DNA of 64,000 nucleotides from Pseudomonas phage PhiPA3. The position numbers and the translations under genes are program-made. The stretch is from the sequence record HQ630627.1. One strand, 5' to 3'. The notes below the pieces were generated by a model. The model saw only the letters and a list, made by a program, of their open reading frames with translations, was not told the origin of the DNA and ran no database searches. Shown here piece by piece: positions 20,599 to 30,600 of this stretch (positions are counted from its first letter, which is position 1; the number at the start of each line of letters is the position of its first letter).

Positions 20599-20730
20599 AT
20601 GCTGAATCTCAATCGCCTACTGCAAGAAGCCATCGATAACGGTTATACCCTAGAGTTGGTTGTAGGGCGTGAAGGGTATTGTAATCTTCGTGTTATCCCT
20701 CACCCGGTGGAAAAACAGGAAGCGGCGTAA
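20599..20730 (+). CDS. possible small ORF (43 aa, below ORF-track cutoff)
   Basis: ATG at 20599 preceded by AGGACTGAAC; its TAA stop overlaps the ATG of the next gene (TAATG) at 20730, typical coupling; fills an otherwise empty 140-nt gap. Confidence 0.3.
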   Translation: MLNLNRLLQEAIDNGYTLELVVGREGYCNLRVIPHPVEKQEAA

Positions 20731-21200
20731 TGGATAAGCTCAGACTCCTGGTTGATCGATACCAGATGCAACAACACTTCATCCAGGAACGGTTTCATGT
20801 TCCGATGTATGAGTTGCAACGATTGGAACAACGGATTCGAAAGACAGTGGAATCTGGTGGGTATTACTACATGACCCATCTGTCGTCTGGTGAAGGGTAT
20901 GCCTGGTTGTTCTTCTCCAATGAGGATGGCTTTAAGTCTCAGATCGAAATCCGTCGCCCTAAAGCTGACCCAGCTACAAAGATCCCCAAATTGGAATGGT
21001 TGAAGGAATTCCTTCGTCCACTTAGGGAATTGGATGTAACTGACGAAGCCAAAGAGCTCCTGACCAAGATCACCAAGCACATTCGTGATGGGGGTGAATG
21101 GGAGCCTTATGTTGGGAATGGCTACAACCAAGTTCGCCTGTCGTTCAAAGGAGAGCTTAAAACCACACTGACTTATCATCAAGAGGTTAATGCGCTATGA
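20730..21200 (+). CDS. hypothetical protein
   Basis: 156-aa ORF. Confidence 0.55.
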   Translation: MDKLRLLVDRYQMQQHFIQERFHVPMYELQRLEQRIRKTVESGGYYYMTHLSSGEGYAWLFFSNEDGFKSQIEIRRPKADPATKIPKLEWLKEFLRPLRELDVTDEAKELLTKITKHIRDGGEWEPYVGNGYNQVRLSFKGELKTTLTYHQEVNAL

Positions 21201-21913
21201 GTAAGCTCCTTCCGTACTTGTTGCCCCTGAACAAAACTCGCAACTACATTGACAAGAATTATCAGTACTGGATTGATGGCAGTAACTTCGCTTGGCTGGA
21301 AATGGTTACTGAAACCCAGAAAGCCAGTGAAGCTATCGAGACCAAAGGACTGGGTAAAGAACTGACCGAGCGTTGTGCCCTGAAGATCTCCATTGATCTC
21401 GCACGTCTGGTAACCGATTATCGGTTCATGCAGCAAGCCCAAACCTTCCACAACCTGATCGACAATCTGCGTCATGCGCAAAACGTGTATCTGTACAACT
21501 ACCAGCTTACGCAACGCCATGGCACTGACGTGATTCGCATTACGGCATTGATTGTGACTCCGGGGCTGCCGCAGGCTGAAGAATGTCATTTCACCTTCAC
21601 GGCTACCCACCGTACGTTTAATGACGTTGCTCAACCCAGTGACGGCTGGTACCGCATCGAGCATGACGCGCAAGCTATGCCCTCGCGGGTTAGCTGGTTG
21701 GTTGGCGTTCGCCTGACAGCTGACCTGTATCTGCGTTATAATAACGTTTGTCAGCTGAATACTGTACAGCCGCTGGCCCTTAGTGCGTATCACCTCGATA
21801 ATATCTCCAGCCAGAGCTTCCGCCATTACGTGGACAGCTCGGAGATTGAACTCGATGGGTTCTACGAGGGCAACCGCGTTAACGCCACGTACTGGGTTTA
21901 CCATCAACTTTAA
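21197..21913 (+). CDS. hypothetical protein
   Basis: 238-aa ORF, ATGA overlap with the upstream gene. Confidence 0.55.
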   Translation: MSKLLPYLLPLNKTRNYIDKNYQYWIDGSNFAWLEMVTETQKASEAIETKGLGKELTERCALKISIDLARLVTDYRFMQQAQTFHNLIDNLRHAQNVYLYNYQLTQRHGTDVIRITALIVTPGLPQAEECHFTFTATHRTFNDVAQPSDGWYRIEHDAQAMPSRVSWLVGVRLTADLYLRYNNVCQLNTVQPLALSAYHLDNISSQSFRHYVDSSEIELDGFYEGNRVNATYWVYHQL

Positions 21914-21992
21914 AGGTAACGGAGATCGAAGGAAGTTAATACCGCGGTCTCCGTTAGTATGTGAGTAACCAAATTCCACAACTGGAAGAAAC

Positions 21993-22322
21993 ATGACGAC
22001 CGCTACTAGCGAATCGCCCCTCGGTAATATCCATTTCGGTTTCGGTACTAAGACTATCGCATTCGATGCCAAAGAAGGCATTGACGCTATGGTTCGTGAT
22101 GCCGGGATTCGGGATTATGCTGGGTGCAATATTCTGGCTCGTGAACTGCTTAAGGTTAAATGTCCCGAGCAGTTCAAGAACATGAGTGAAGAAGAACTGA
22201 GCAAATGGGCACTGGGCGGTATGTCCCGTGAGCTGGCTCAGTACCTGAATTCGTTCATGACGAACGAACCTACCCGAGAAGTTGTCGAAGTAATTGAAAC
22301 TCCCTTGATTGAAGAGGCTTAA
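21993..22322 (+). CDS. hypothetical protein
   Basis: 109-aa ORF, RBS GGAAGAAACATG. Confidence 0.5.
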   Translation: MTTATSESPLGNIHFGFGTKTIAFDAKEGIDAMVRDAGIRDYAGCNILARELLKVKCPEQFKNMSEEELSKWALGGMSRELAQYLNSFMTNEPTREVVEVIETPLIEEA

Positions 22323-22324
22323 GC

Positions 22325-23272
22325 ATGTCCAAAGTTAAAACTCGCGTTTACTGCTGTGGTGGTACCGGTATGGATATCGGTGTCAATCTGCAATGGCACC
22401 CGGATCTGGTATTCATCGATACCTGCGATAAGAACGTCACCGCAGATCATGACCTGGAGCGCGTGTTCCTGACCGAGGGCACTCGTGGTGCAGGTAAGAA
22501 TCGTCGCTACATGTTGCCGATCATCCGTCCACAAGTTCCTGGCTTCCTGGAACGGTACCCGGCTGGTGATTTCAATATTGTGGTGTTCGGTCTGGGTGGT
22601 GGTAGTGGTTCGACCATTGGTCCGGTAATCGTATCGGAACTGGCGAAAGCTGGCGAATCGGTTGCTGTGGTTTGCATGAGTGGTATCGAAGCTACCGAAG
22701 TCCTGCAAAACGACATCGATACTTTGAAAACTCTTGAAGGCATTGCAGCGGCTACCAATACCCCGGTTGTCATCAACCATATCGAGAACGTGAACGGCGT
22801 ACCGTACACCGAACTCGATAAGGAAGCGATCTTCAATATCCATGCACTGATCAATCTGACCAGTCAGAAACATGTTCGTCTGGATAAGCTGGATATCGAC
22901 AACTGGATCAACTTCACCAAGAAGCATAACCAGATTCAACCCCAGCTGTGCCAACTACATATCTCCAACAATCGTCAGGAGGCTACCTCTGTTCCTGAGC
23001 CCATTGCGATTGCTTCGTTGTTTGCTGACGCCTCTCGGGAAGTGGCCTTTGGCACTCCGTTCGTCCGTACCGTTGGTATCTCTGATGTGAGCGATCCTGA
23101 TCTGCTGGCTGACCAGCTGCACTTCGTGATCAACTCGATTGGTGTTGCTAGTTTGTTCGGTTCTCTGACCAAACAAAAACAAGAACTGGAAGCTGCACAA
23201 GTGCGCTACCAACAGCGCAACGCCATTATCGATATCGATGACAATCGTACCGACGACGGCTTCGTGGTCTAA
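22325..23272 (+). CDS. phuZ: PhuZ phage tubulin (nucleus-centering spindle)
   Basis: 315 aa; tubulin/FtsZ GTP-binding signature GLGGGSGS; blocks CCGGTGMDIG, TCDKNV, TRGAGKNR, NDIDTLKTLE, HFVINS; acidic C-terminal tail NAIIDIDDNRTDDGFVV, matching the PhuZ family of phiKZ-like phages as I recall it. Confidence 0.9.
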   Translation: MSKVKTRVYCCGGTGMDIGVNLQWHPDLVFIDTCDKNVTADHDLERVFLTEGTRGAGKNRRYMLPIIRPQVPGFLERYPAGDFNIVVFGLGGGSGSTIGPVIVSELAKAGESVAVVCMSGIEATEVLQNDIDTLKTLEGIAAATNTPVVINHIENVNGVPYTELDKEAIFNIHALINLTSQKHVRLDKLDIDNWINFTKKHNQIQPQLCQLHISNNRQEATSVPEPIAIASLFADASREVAFGTPFVRTVGISDVSDPDLLADQLHFVINSIGVASLFGSLTKQKQELEAAQVRYQQRNAIIDIDDNRTDDGFVV

Positions 23273-23280
23273 AGATAACG

Positions 23281-23318
23281 GGGGAGCTTCGGCTCCCCTT
23301 TTATCCGTCTTTTATTTT
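23281..23318 (+). terminator. intrinsic terminator after phuZ
   Basis: GGGGAGC-TTCG-GCTCCCC then TTTTATCCGTCTTTTATTTT. Confidence 0.75.
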
Positions 23319-23328
23319 GGAGGAGTAA

Positions 23329-23765
23329 TGAGCATGTTAGACATTTTTGTACAACGTGAACTGCGCACTAAGATCGAAAACATTCTGTGGGAAGAAATCG
23401 TTGCTCGCCAACCACCCCTGTCCATTCAGGAACTGATCGATCGGCTGAACATGGGGATCGACCGCCAGACTCTGGAATCGTTCCTGATCTGGCACTACAA
23501 GTCCCCAGGACGTGGAAATATCATCAAAGATCTGATCTGGATGATCAAAGGCGAAACCCCGACAGAGATCCGTTACGGTTTCCCACCCCTGCGCTTTATG
23601 CAACATGTCCTGGGACACGAATACAGTTACCACACGCCAGAGCATCAGCTTTGCATGAACAGCTGGAAACAACGTGCTCGGGAAGACTACGTCCAGCAGT
23701 ATAAGTACGACAGTATCATCAGCGACAATGTCAACCGGTTTATTTCGTCTCGGGTTAAAGAATAA
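23329..23765 (+). CDS. hypothetical protein
   Basis: Start set at ATG 23329 after RBS GGAGGAG; the ORF track's 23238 start overlaps phuZ and its terminator. Confidence 0.5.
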
Positions 23766-23852
23766 CTGAGAGTGTAATGATCTGTAATACGTTTTACTTT
23801 AGTAGAAGGAACAGCTCAGTGAAACCAGATTAAACACCTCTTAGGAGGGGTT

Positions 23853-24347
23853 ATGGCTAAGACAGCAGCAAAAAAGCTCGATGAGCTTATGGCAGCTGAG
23901 CTTAACCTCAAACTCCCCGTCCAAACAGCGATGATACACCACGCGGTATCACTCAAGGGTAGTATGGAAGGATTCATCTTTGCTTACGAGCACGATGGCC
24001 TTGTGTTCTATGATCGAGTGGACATGTGGGACGAAGTTAACGGAATGCGTTTGAGGATAGCTCGCTTTAAGTCGCATCCAGTAATCGAGGATCGGCTGAA
24101 CAAAAGGTTGTATCGGCGTTGGTATGTTTGGGGAAACGGGTTATTAGTGCCTGTCAACATATGCAAAGTCGACGATTTGAAAGACCGCTTTTACTTTTTG
24201 ATTGATGATGACCCCAGTTATCGTACCATCAACGTCATGCCTGATGAGACATTGTTTATTCGGAAGAAGCCTTTACAACACTTAGCAAGAGTGCACCCAG
24301 GCTGGGGTGTGAAGTTTAACAGAGTTCGTGAATGTGCAGTGGCATAA
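23853..24347 (+). CDS. hypothetical protein
   Basis: 164-aa ORF, RBS TTAGGAGGGGTTATG. Confidence 0.5.
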   Translation: MAKTAAKKLDELMAAELNLKLPVQTAMIHHAVSLKGSMEGFIFAYEHDGLVFYDRVDMWDEVNGMRLRIARFKSHPVIEDRLNKRLYRRWYVWGNGLLVPVNICKVDDLKDRFYFLIDDDPSYRTINVMPDETLFIRKKPLQHLARVHPGWGVKFNRVRECAVA

Positions 24348-24350
24348 AGT

Positions 24351-24376
24351 GCTCTCCCTTTGGGGAGAGCGTTATG
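24351..24376 (+). terminator. hairpin followed by GTTATGTC (weak terminator)
   Basis: GCTCTCCC-TTTG-GGGAGAGC, no U-tract. Confidence 0.45.
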
Positions 24377-24396
24377 TCATCAAGGAGGGTACTTAA

Positions 24397-24761
24397 TGCA
24401 GTATCACAATACAATTTCAACAAAAGGAGCTACGTTGAATAACTACACAGCTAATCTCGTTAGAGAAGTTGTGTTAGAAGTCGACATGCATTTAAATGGT
24501 CGAGTAGTTAAACGTCAATCTGGCGTCTGGACTATGAAAACCATCCTGGGAGAAGCAGCTGATGTTTTGTGGTTGTATAAGGGGGAGTGGAAAACTCGAC
24601 CCAAGGGCGATCATCTAATGGAGTTCTACTTCGACGAACAGCACACCTTGAACAACTCAGTCGAGATCGACGTGGTTGAAAAGAAAGTCATCATCCGGGC
24701 CTCGGGTGTGACGCTGGAAGAAGTACGACACATTCTGCAAGCCCCTTGGATAGAAAAGTAA
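24397..24761 (+). CDS. hypothetical protein
   Basis: Start at ATG 24397 with RBS CAAGGAGGG; the ORF track's 24360 start lies inside terminator hairpin 24351-24370. Confidence 0.5.
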
Positions 24762-24769
24762 GGAATACC

Positions 24770-25033
24770 ATGCTCTCCCAAATCTGCGATGCCGCCAAGC
24801 TTCAACGTGAATGCCCGGAAACTCGGGTTGCTGGGGTTTCCAAAGGTCAGTATCTGGTTGTGTTCCCAGAGAACCAACCCACAGTTGTGCGTATCATCGA
24901 TACTAAAAAACCTGGCCTGCATATCCTGGCGGATATCGATTATCGCCACCGCTCCATTTCCCGTGCCCAAGAAGAAAATGATCAACTGCTGTTGGAAATC
25001 CTTCAGGACGTCCATAAGCCATCAATGCAATAA
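24770..25033 (+). CDS. hypothetical protein
   Basis: ATG 24770 with RBS AAGGAATACC just after the upstream stop. Confidence 0.45.
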   Translation: MLSQICDAAKLQRECPETRVAGVSKGQYLVVFPENQPTVVRIIDTKKPGLHILADIDYRHRSISRAQEENDQLLLEILQDVHKPSMQ

Positions 25034-25042
25034 GGAATCTTT

Positions 25043-25240
25043 ATGATCACCATCCCTGTTTCCCGTCTTGTAGGTTTCCGTAAACCTGAAGGCCAACGTC
25101 TTGGTCAAGCCGTACACAATCTGCTACAACTTTGTAAGGTCACCAATCCTGAGGACAAGGAATGGTGTGATCGGCTGTGGAACGCCGATGGTGAGGTCGC
25201 CCAGAGAATGATTGATGAGCGACTTGACAGAGAAAATTAA
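25043..25240 (+). CDS. hypothetical small protein
   Basis: 65 aa, RBS AAGGAATCTTTATG. Confidence 0.4.
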   Translation: MITIPVSRLVGFRKPEGQRLGQAVHNLLQLCKVTNPEDKEWCDRLWNADGEVAQRMIDERLDREN

Positions 25241-25333
25241 CTGACCAAGCGTATCGTGTGTTAGAAGTTACCCTGTTTGTCTGCCTGCTCTTTGCAAAGG
25301 TGCAATTCGCACAGACGACACAGGAAACTGAAA

Positions 25334-25660
25334 ATGTATTACGGTTGCTTTAAATCCCTAGAGGATGTCCTCGACTTCTATCACATCGAAGAATCTGATC
25401 TCATCGGTTGTACTATTCTGTTTGCAGCTTACGATGACTCTGAAGGTTACTCGGGTTATTCTTTCGTGCTCTTTGAGCGCGAAGGTAAACTTTACGAGGT
25501 AAACGCAAGTCATTGCAGTGGCTACGACTTAGAAGGCCAGTGGGAACCGGAGGAAACGACGATAGAGGCGTTGGAAGTTACCAGAGGGGGTTACTTTGTT
25601 GGCATCTATGATGACCAACTGAAAGACTTCCTCACCGCATTTAAACAGGGCAACCAATGA
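25334..25660 (+). CDS. hypothetical protein
   Basis: ATG 25334 with RBS CAGGAAACTGAAAATG; acidic small protein. Confidence 0.45.
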   Translation: MYYGCFKSLEDVLDFYHIEESDLIGCTILFAAYDDSEGYSGYSFVLFEREGKLYEVNASHCSGYDLEGQWEPEETTIEALEVTRGGYFVGIYDDQLKDFLTAFKQGNQ

Positions 25661-25668
25661 CAAACATA

Positions 25669-25695
25669 GCCCCGGCTTCGGCTGGGGTTTATGCC
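25669..25695 (+). terminator. hairpin followed by TTTATGCC
   Basis: GCCCCGGC-TTCG-GCTGGGGT (one G.U) then TTATGCCG. Confidence 0.5.
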
Positions 25696-25718
25696 GACAT
25701 GTTCAAGAGGAAACTGTA

Positions 25719-25961
25719 ATGACCATTATCCAAATGATCTTCCAACAAGCCCTCGAAGTAAAGCGTCGTTTCTTTGATGAAGTCATCGATTACGGTAATA
25801 TGGAAGTCCACGTGAATGGTGCTTCTATCACCTTCAACGATGATGATGGTAACGATGTAGCCAAAGTGGATTTCATGACTAATGAAGTCGTGTGCTACCG
25901 TTGTGACACCACCCAGGTTTACGACGTACTGAAAGCAATTGCTGACCAAGAGGAAGACTGA
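25719..25961 (+). CDS. hypothetical small acidic protein
   Basis: 80 aa, RBS AAGAGGAAACTGTAATG. Confidence 0.45.
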   Translation: MTIIQMIFQQALEVKRRFFDEVIDYGNMEVHVNGASITFNDDDGNDVAKVDFMTNEVVCYRCDTTQVYDVLKAIADQEED

Positions 25962-26536
25962 TGTTCTGGTTACTCTTTACAGCTATCACTGTAGTTGGCG
26001 GTATGCTTGCTGTACCAATCCATTACCACTACCTCTACAATACATTCGATGGCATCAAGACAGCGCGTAAGATCCTGATGAAGCATTACGTGACGTTAAT
26101 GCATAACCGCTACAATCAGCATGTACTCTACTTGATCAAAAGTGAGTACGGTATAAAGGCGATACTGGCAAACCATAACAGGAACACTGAGAAAAGTGAG
26201 TTGTTTAAGTTATGCCGTGAAATGGAGAAAACCATTACCGAATGGACAGGCGGCATCAAGGGACTAGACTTCTTGGAATTTGCTACTCTAAGAGACAATT
26301 TCCCCGCTGAGATGTACGATGAATGGATTCACCAATGGACCGCGGTGCTGGTGCAATTGCATGGTGAGTTCAACAATAATTTTGCTGACCTCAAGTTGTC
26401 ATACGCGATGGTTACTCCACAGAATGAACTGGTTATAGCCGAGTATCCAGCTATCAAAGAAGAAATGATCATGACCTTGGTACGAACTTCCCCCGATAAA
26501 CTGGATAAGATTCGTCGATGGGCTAACGCGTCATAG
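25961..26536 (+). CDS. hypothetical protein (N-terminal TM helix)
   Basis: 191 aa; ATGA-type overlap (GACTGATG); N-terminal hydrophobic segment FWLLFTAITVVGGMLAV. Confidence 0.5.
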   Translation: MFWLLFTAITVVGGMLAVPIHYHYLYNTFDGIKTARKILMKHYVTLMHNRYNQHVLYLIKSEYGIKAILANHNRNTEKSELFKLCREMEKTITEWTGGIKGLDFLEFATLRDNFPAEMYDEWIHQWTAVLVQLHGEFNNNFADLKLSYAMVTPQNELVIAEYPAIKEEMIMTLVRTSPDKLDKIRRWANAS

Positions 26537-26543
26537 GAAATAA

Positions 26544-26588
26544 GCCCCCTCCATTACGGAGGGGGTCTATTCCGTTTTTCTTTTTTAG
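26544..26588. terminator. terminator at a convergent junction
   Basis: GCCCCCTCC-ATTA-CGGAGGGGG, then TCTATTCCGTTTTTCTTTTTT. Confidence 0.7.
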
Positions 26589-26601
26589 ATCGACCTGATC
26601 A

Positions 26602-27402
26602 TTACGGTGCTGCCATGATAGTTCGAATGTGGTGACGATTGCCTTCCGGATCGTTGAAGTTCCGGGAGATCTTCCGCCAGCGTTTGAGCTCTTCGTCGTA
26701 GAGGTCATTCGCTTCAGCCCATTCGTAAACTTTATCACGGAATACGCCAAGCTCTTGGCCACCTGAAAGTTGAGCCTCGGCCATCTGAATATACAGTTCA
26801 TTGTAGCAATAAGCTTTAACAGCGTATTCTACCAGCTTACTGAACGGTTTGATGGATTGAGGACGGATATTAAGTAGTTCATCATCATTACCCAGCCGGC
26901 AGGCCAAATACGCAGCGTGACTAGGTAAATAAATGAACCTAACCATAACCGTATTATGGTTGATCAGGCTGATGTACGATGTTTGTGCTACTGGGAGTCG
27001 CCTTGCAGCATCCAGAACCTTTCGAGTTTCAGCACCCATGCTCGATTCGTTATAATGCATGGCATAACCAGAGTTCTGATAACCCAGCAACCCAAAGTGT
27101 ATACTGAATACCTGAACGATCGGACGTTGTTGGGTGTACTCATCGGGGATGTAGTACACGACAGTGTAAGGATCAACGTATTCAGACTTGACGGGAAAGT
27201 CCAGTGGGATGTATGTTTTAGAACCACCAATCAAGTTAATGTCGGGCATTACCCGCGCTTCAATCACCATTTCACGAATACGATGTTCCAGTGATACGGC
27301 TGCACCACAAGCATTCATGTCTTGGCTAATAAATACTTGTTCTAGAATCTGTTTTGGGATTCTGAACTTCAGGTCAGAGAGTGCATGTTGAATAGCATTC
27401 AT
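26602..27402 (-). CDS. hypothetical protein
   Basis: 266-aa ORF on the minus strand between bidirectional terminator 26544 and divergent promoter region 27403-27550. Confidence 0.55.
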   Translation of the reverse strand: MNAIQHALSDLKFRIPKQILEQVFISQDMNACGAAVSLEHRIREMVIEARVMPDINLIGGSKTYIPLDFPVKSEYVDPYTVVYYIPDEYTQQRPIVQVFSIHFGLLGYQNSGYAMHYNESSMGAETRKVLDAARRLPVAQTSYISLINHNTVMVRFIYLPSHAAYLACRLGNDDELLNIRPQSIKPFSKLVEYAVKAYCYNELYIQMAEAQLSGGQELGVFRDKVYEWAEANDLYDEELKRWRKISRNFNDPEGNRHHIRTIMAAP

Positions 27403-27490
27403 TTTAACGGCCTCTAAGGCCCCTTCCTGAGGCGATCGTACGGGAGATAATACCTACAATGGGTATAGTATACGAACGCCTAAATTCGGG

Positions 27491-27521
27491 GCATTACAAA
27501 AGATTTCAAATCTATATCATG
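27491..27521 (+). repeat. 30-nt dispersed repeat GCATTACAAAAGATTTCAAATCTATATCATG
   Basis: Matches 37469-37499 (CCATTGCAAAAGATTTCAAATCTATATCATGG) at 28 of 30 positions; both lie in divergent promoter regions. Confidence 0.7.
27511..27521 (+). promoter_or_regulatory. promoter-like motif TCTATATCATG (class B)
   Basis: In divergent intergenic region, 31 nt upstream of gene 27551; part of a 30-nt repeat shared with 37469-37499. Confidence 0.5.
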
Positions 27522-27550
27522 ATCCTGAAGAAATTCTTGGAAGACTTCAA

Positions 27551-28000
27551 ATGAACATTCACGAAACTTTAACAACAGAGCGTGAAAAGGAGATCATCGA
27601 TCGTGTCCTCGATGGAAAAGGTTTCGACCTCCATGCGTTCGATATTGGTCTGGTGTTATCTGAACTGAAGAACCACGAGTTCCGTACCTTTGTTCTGGAG
27701 CGAGTAAAGGCCAGTATCGGTATGGACGATATCGAAATCGGGCATGCCCTTGCTACGCACACTGAGCTGCTCATCGACGAGATGTTGATGCAGATTATCG
27801 AAACATTTGAACAGTGCTACGTAGCCAGAATCACTCGATTCTTGACCCGTGAAGAAATGGCCTGGTTGGCAACTTCGGTACCTGCCATGCGGGCAGCTAA
27901 ACTGTTGTATGAAACACTCGTAATCCCAGATTCGGCGTCAGGTCGTTTCGTCCGTATGCAACGGGTAGGAACGACTCTATACCTGGTCTACCCTAATTAG
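27551..28000 (+). CDS. hypothetical protein
   Basis: 149-aa ORF 31 nt after the TCTATATCATG motif. Confidence 0.5.
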   Translation: MNIHETLTTEREKEIIDRVLDGKGFDLHAFDIGLVLSELKNHEFRTFVLERVKASIGMDDIEIGHALATHTELLIDEMLMQIIETFEQCYVARITRFLTREEMAWLATSVPAMRAAKLLYETLVIPDSASGRFVRMQRVGTTLYLVYPN

Positions 28001-28017
28001 CCAATTGGAGCACTACA

Positions 28018-29031
28018 ATGTCTAAGCGGTTTGTTATGCTGGAAACTCAGCCTCAGGTTGAATTGGTGCATGAATACCTGCGCCACTTCATCTCTGTAAA
28101 TCCGGCTGCTGGGTTGCCAGTAGCTAACAAAACTACTGCCCTCAAGGTCGTCTTTAGTTTGGTGGAAAACCTACTGATCGGACGCAGTGCGTTCGAAGAC
28201 GAATACAACCTTGATGTAAAAGTCGCAGCGGCAATCTACGGGCTTGCCGAGACTGGTCTTAAGGACAAGCATTTCAAAACAGCACAATTGTTCATGGATA
28301 ATCCGTTGTTTGATGGTATTATCCAAGACCTGGATACCCAGCTCGATCCACATATTGAACGACGTACTTACACCATATGGAAAGTCATTCAGTTCGCCGG
28401 TGTGATCGGTATAGCTGAAGGTGAAGACCATCGTATCAGTGAATACTATCGACTGACCGATCAGAACAACGGTGACGATAATGCGGTGCTGGCATTGAAC
28501 TGTCAGAACCTCGTTTCGTTCCTGATGACTGAGTTCATAAAGAGTTTCAATGCGGTCTTAAGTGACCCACGTACTGCTCAGCGTATTGCAGCGTTGTATA
28601 GCAACGACGAAAAACAAATGCTGCGGATGCTGAACGAGCTGGCTCACCCGTATCGACAAGTTATCGCCTTGTTCTTAGATACGTTGACTACCATGTATCC
28701 CATGGTTGAGTTGGCTCCGGAGTGTCCTCAGCTCAATGAAGACTTCTTTGCAGTGATCGGGCTGATCAACATCAATGAGTTCAAACAGAACTACGTGCGC
28801 AAAGTCATTGCGGCATTTGGTCTGTCGTACTTCAGTGCTTACCTCAAGAAAGACAAACGCTACCTACTGGAATACAGCGCTGCTAACATCATGGCATTGT
28901 ACGAGCAAACGATCACCAACAAGACGGAGAAAGATATGCATCAACTGCTGCAATCTCTGATCAATGGGGATTACCTGCCTCCGGAAGAACGAGCTATCGC
29001 CGAACGTCTATATCAGGAAAGCAATCGATAA
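28018..29031 (+). CDS. hypothetical protein
   Basis: 337-aa ORF, RBS TTGGAGCACTACAATG. Confidence 0.55.
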   Translation: MSKRFVMLETQPQVELVHEYLRHFISVNPAAGLPVANKTTALKVVFSLVENLLIGRSAFEDEYNLDVKVAAAIYGLAETGLKDKHFKTAQLFMDNPLFDGIIQDLDTQLDPHIERRTYTIWKVIQFAGVIGIAEGEDHRISEYYRLTDQNNGDDNAVLALNCQNLVSFLMTEFIKSFNAVLSDPRTAQRIAALYSNDEKQMLRMLNELAHPYRQVIALFLDTLTTMYPMVELAPECPQLNEDFFAVIGLININEFKQNYVRKVIAAFGLSYFSAYLKKDKRYLLEYSAANIMALYEQTITNKTEKDMHQLLQSLINGDYLPPEERAIAERLYQESNR

Positions 29032-29035
29032 CATG

Positions 29036-29065
29036 GAGCCCAGCTTCGGCTGGGCTTTATGCGCG
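29036..29065 (+). terminator. hairpin followed by TTTATGCG
   Basis: GAGCCCAGC-TTCG-GCTGGGCT. Confidence 0.5.
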
Positions 29066-29073
29066 GAGCCCAA

Positions 29074-29487
29074 ATGAACAGTCTAGCCATCTATATAGAC
29101 GCTTACGAGTATGTCCGGTTTTTAGATCCCGGTTACATCTTTGCTGCCGCCGCTTTGGGGCGTGATCCTCTAATCGAGATCATTGGTAGTATTGCATGTG
29201 CTAGATCTTTTGACGATGTAGGTGACCTCGACCACGAGGAATCCATTCGTTTATTTCTAGGTTACCACAGTTGGGATGGTAATGATGAAGAAACCGAAAT
29301 CATCGTAGACCACATCATGACCTGTGCCAGAAGTATCAAGGCTTACATTCCGGATGTTGGAGTGACGGTCTTGAAGAAAGTGATATGGGATACGCTACAT
29401 GAAGGTGGCGTACTACCCAAGGATAAAGTCCTACTGTTGGTGAATCACTATGACGAGAAAGAATATACTGGTGAGGTTGTCCCCTGA
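29074..29487 (+). CDS. hypothetical protein
   Basis: Start at ATG 29074; the ORF track's ATG 29059 is the ATG of the terminator-associated TTTATGCGC motif. Confidence 0.45.
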   Translation: MNSLAIYIDAYEYVRFLDPGYIFAAAALGRDPLIEIIGSIACARSFDDVGDLDHEESIRLFLGYHSWDGNDEETEIIVDHIMTCARSIKAYIPDVGVTVLKKVIWDTLHEGGVLPKDKVLLLVNHYDEKEYTGEVVP

Positions 29488-29815
29488 GATCCTGATTGGA
29501 GAAGATAAGGTCCAAGCTGAACTGCTTTCCGACCTGACAGGCATCAGTATGTCAGATCTGTACAGCTTTGTTTTACAAGTGGCAGATCTTTATTTAAGTA
29601 GAGAACAAATCTACGACGAGCATGAACTCGTGGAAGTGTTCTTCATGGGTCGAAGCGAAGCTTGGGATTTCCTAAAGCAAATCGAAAAACAGCTACCTGA
29701 AATTATGTCGTTCTTCCCAGATCGTGTACAAGAAATCAGGTACCTGCGAACTATGGATAACGGCGTCTATGCAATCGGATCTTACACAACTGATCTACCG
29801 ACTGGACAAAGCTAA
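29450..29815 (+). CDS. hypothetical protein
   Basis: 121-aa ORF overlapping the upstream gene by 38 nt and the downstream ORF by 92 nt in other frames. Confidence 0.4.
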   Translation: MTRKNILVRLSPEILIGEDKVQAELLSDLTGISMSDLYSFVLQVADLYLSREQIYDEHELVEVFFMGRSEAWDFLKQIEKQLPEIMSFFPDRVQEIRYLRTMDNGVYAIGSYTTDLPTGQS

Positions 29816-30242
29816 CTATTTTCCTCACTACGAGGAATTAGAGAAACTTTACCGACAGGTGTACCTGATCAAGAAAACGTTCAGTGGTTACGGCCCTGGC
29901 GGCGTGTTCGATGATGTAATTCAATGGGTCAAGGAAGCCTCCAGTAGACTCTCTATTGATCCTAAGACAATCCCCACGGATTTGGTCATACCTAATCTAA
30001 CCAGCAGCGGGAAGCGAGCTGAGCGTTATCGGGAACTGTTCCTGGAAGCTGCAATCTCTCTCCTGCGGTTATTACCACGGGGATTGATTGACCTGTTTCC
30101 AGTCATGTCCAAAGGTGACGCTATCGTCTTTCTGCTGACTTTCACCGGCAGGACTTTTTTACAACATGAAATCGTTGCTAGTTTTCGAGTCGAAGACTTT
30201 TGTAACACAACTGACAAAAGAGGAAGATCCAAGGTTAGTTAA
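29724..30242 (+). CDS. hypothetical protein (start may be ATG 29769)
   Basis: 172-aa ORF; long out-of-frame overlaps with both neighbours. Confidence 0.4.
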   Translation: MYKKSGTCELWITASMQSDLTQLIYRLDKANYFPHYEELEKLYRQVYLIKKTFSGYGPGGVFDDVIQWVKEASSRLSIDPKTIPTDLVIPNLTSSGKRAERYRELFLEAAISLLRLLPRGLIDLFPVMSKGDAIVFLLTFTGRTFLQHEIVASFRVEDFCNTTDKRGRSKVS

Positions 30243-30600
30243 GCATGTACTGCATCAATACCTGGAGTGCATCGTTCTACATTCGAAGTATTCTACACCG
30301 CCACCTTGGGGTGCGTTCTTTGAAACCTTCATGGAAGATGCCTATCTCGCGTTGATAATGGATGAGAGCCTCAGTTTACCCACAATCGATGAAGATGGCG
30401 TCATTACCAATCTAAGACTTCGTTTTCGTGAATTAATCGAGGTTTTAGCCAATGGTTACACTGATGAACTTGCTGCAACATTACGTGGATTCACGTCTAG
30501 CGGTGAGAAAATAGTTACCATTGATGTAGTAGGTTATGACAAATACAAACTCACCCTGTTGGTAACTACCGAGGTTCCCAAACATGTCGAACAATCCTGA
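30166..30600 (+). CDS. hypothetical protein
   Basis: 144-aa ORF, 77-nt overlap with the upstream ORF. Confidence 0.4.
   Translation: MKSLLVFESKTFVTQLTKEEDPRLVKHVLHQYLECIVLHSKYSTPPPWGAFFETFMEDAYLALIMDESLSLPTIDEDGVITNLRLRFRELIEVLANGYTDELAATLRGFTSSGEKIVTIDVVGYDKYKLTLLVTTEVPKHVEQS

Noticed and set aside
24360-24396. ORF-track starts at 24360, 23238, 18008, 29059, 43415, 44411, 47795 and 48638
   Set aside because: Each upstream start lies inside a terminator hairpin or T-run, or overlaps the preceding gene. In each case an internal ATG with a Shine-Dalgarno sequence sits just downstream of the preceding stop.
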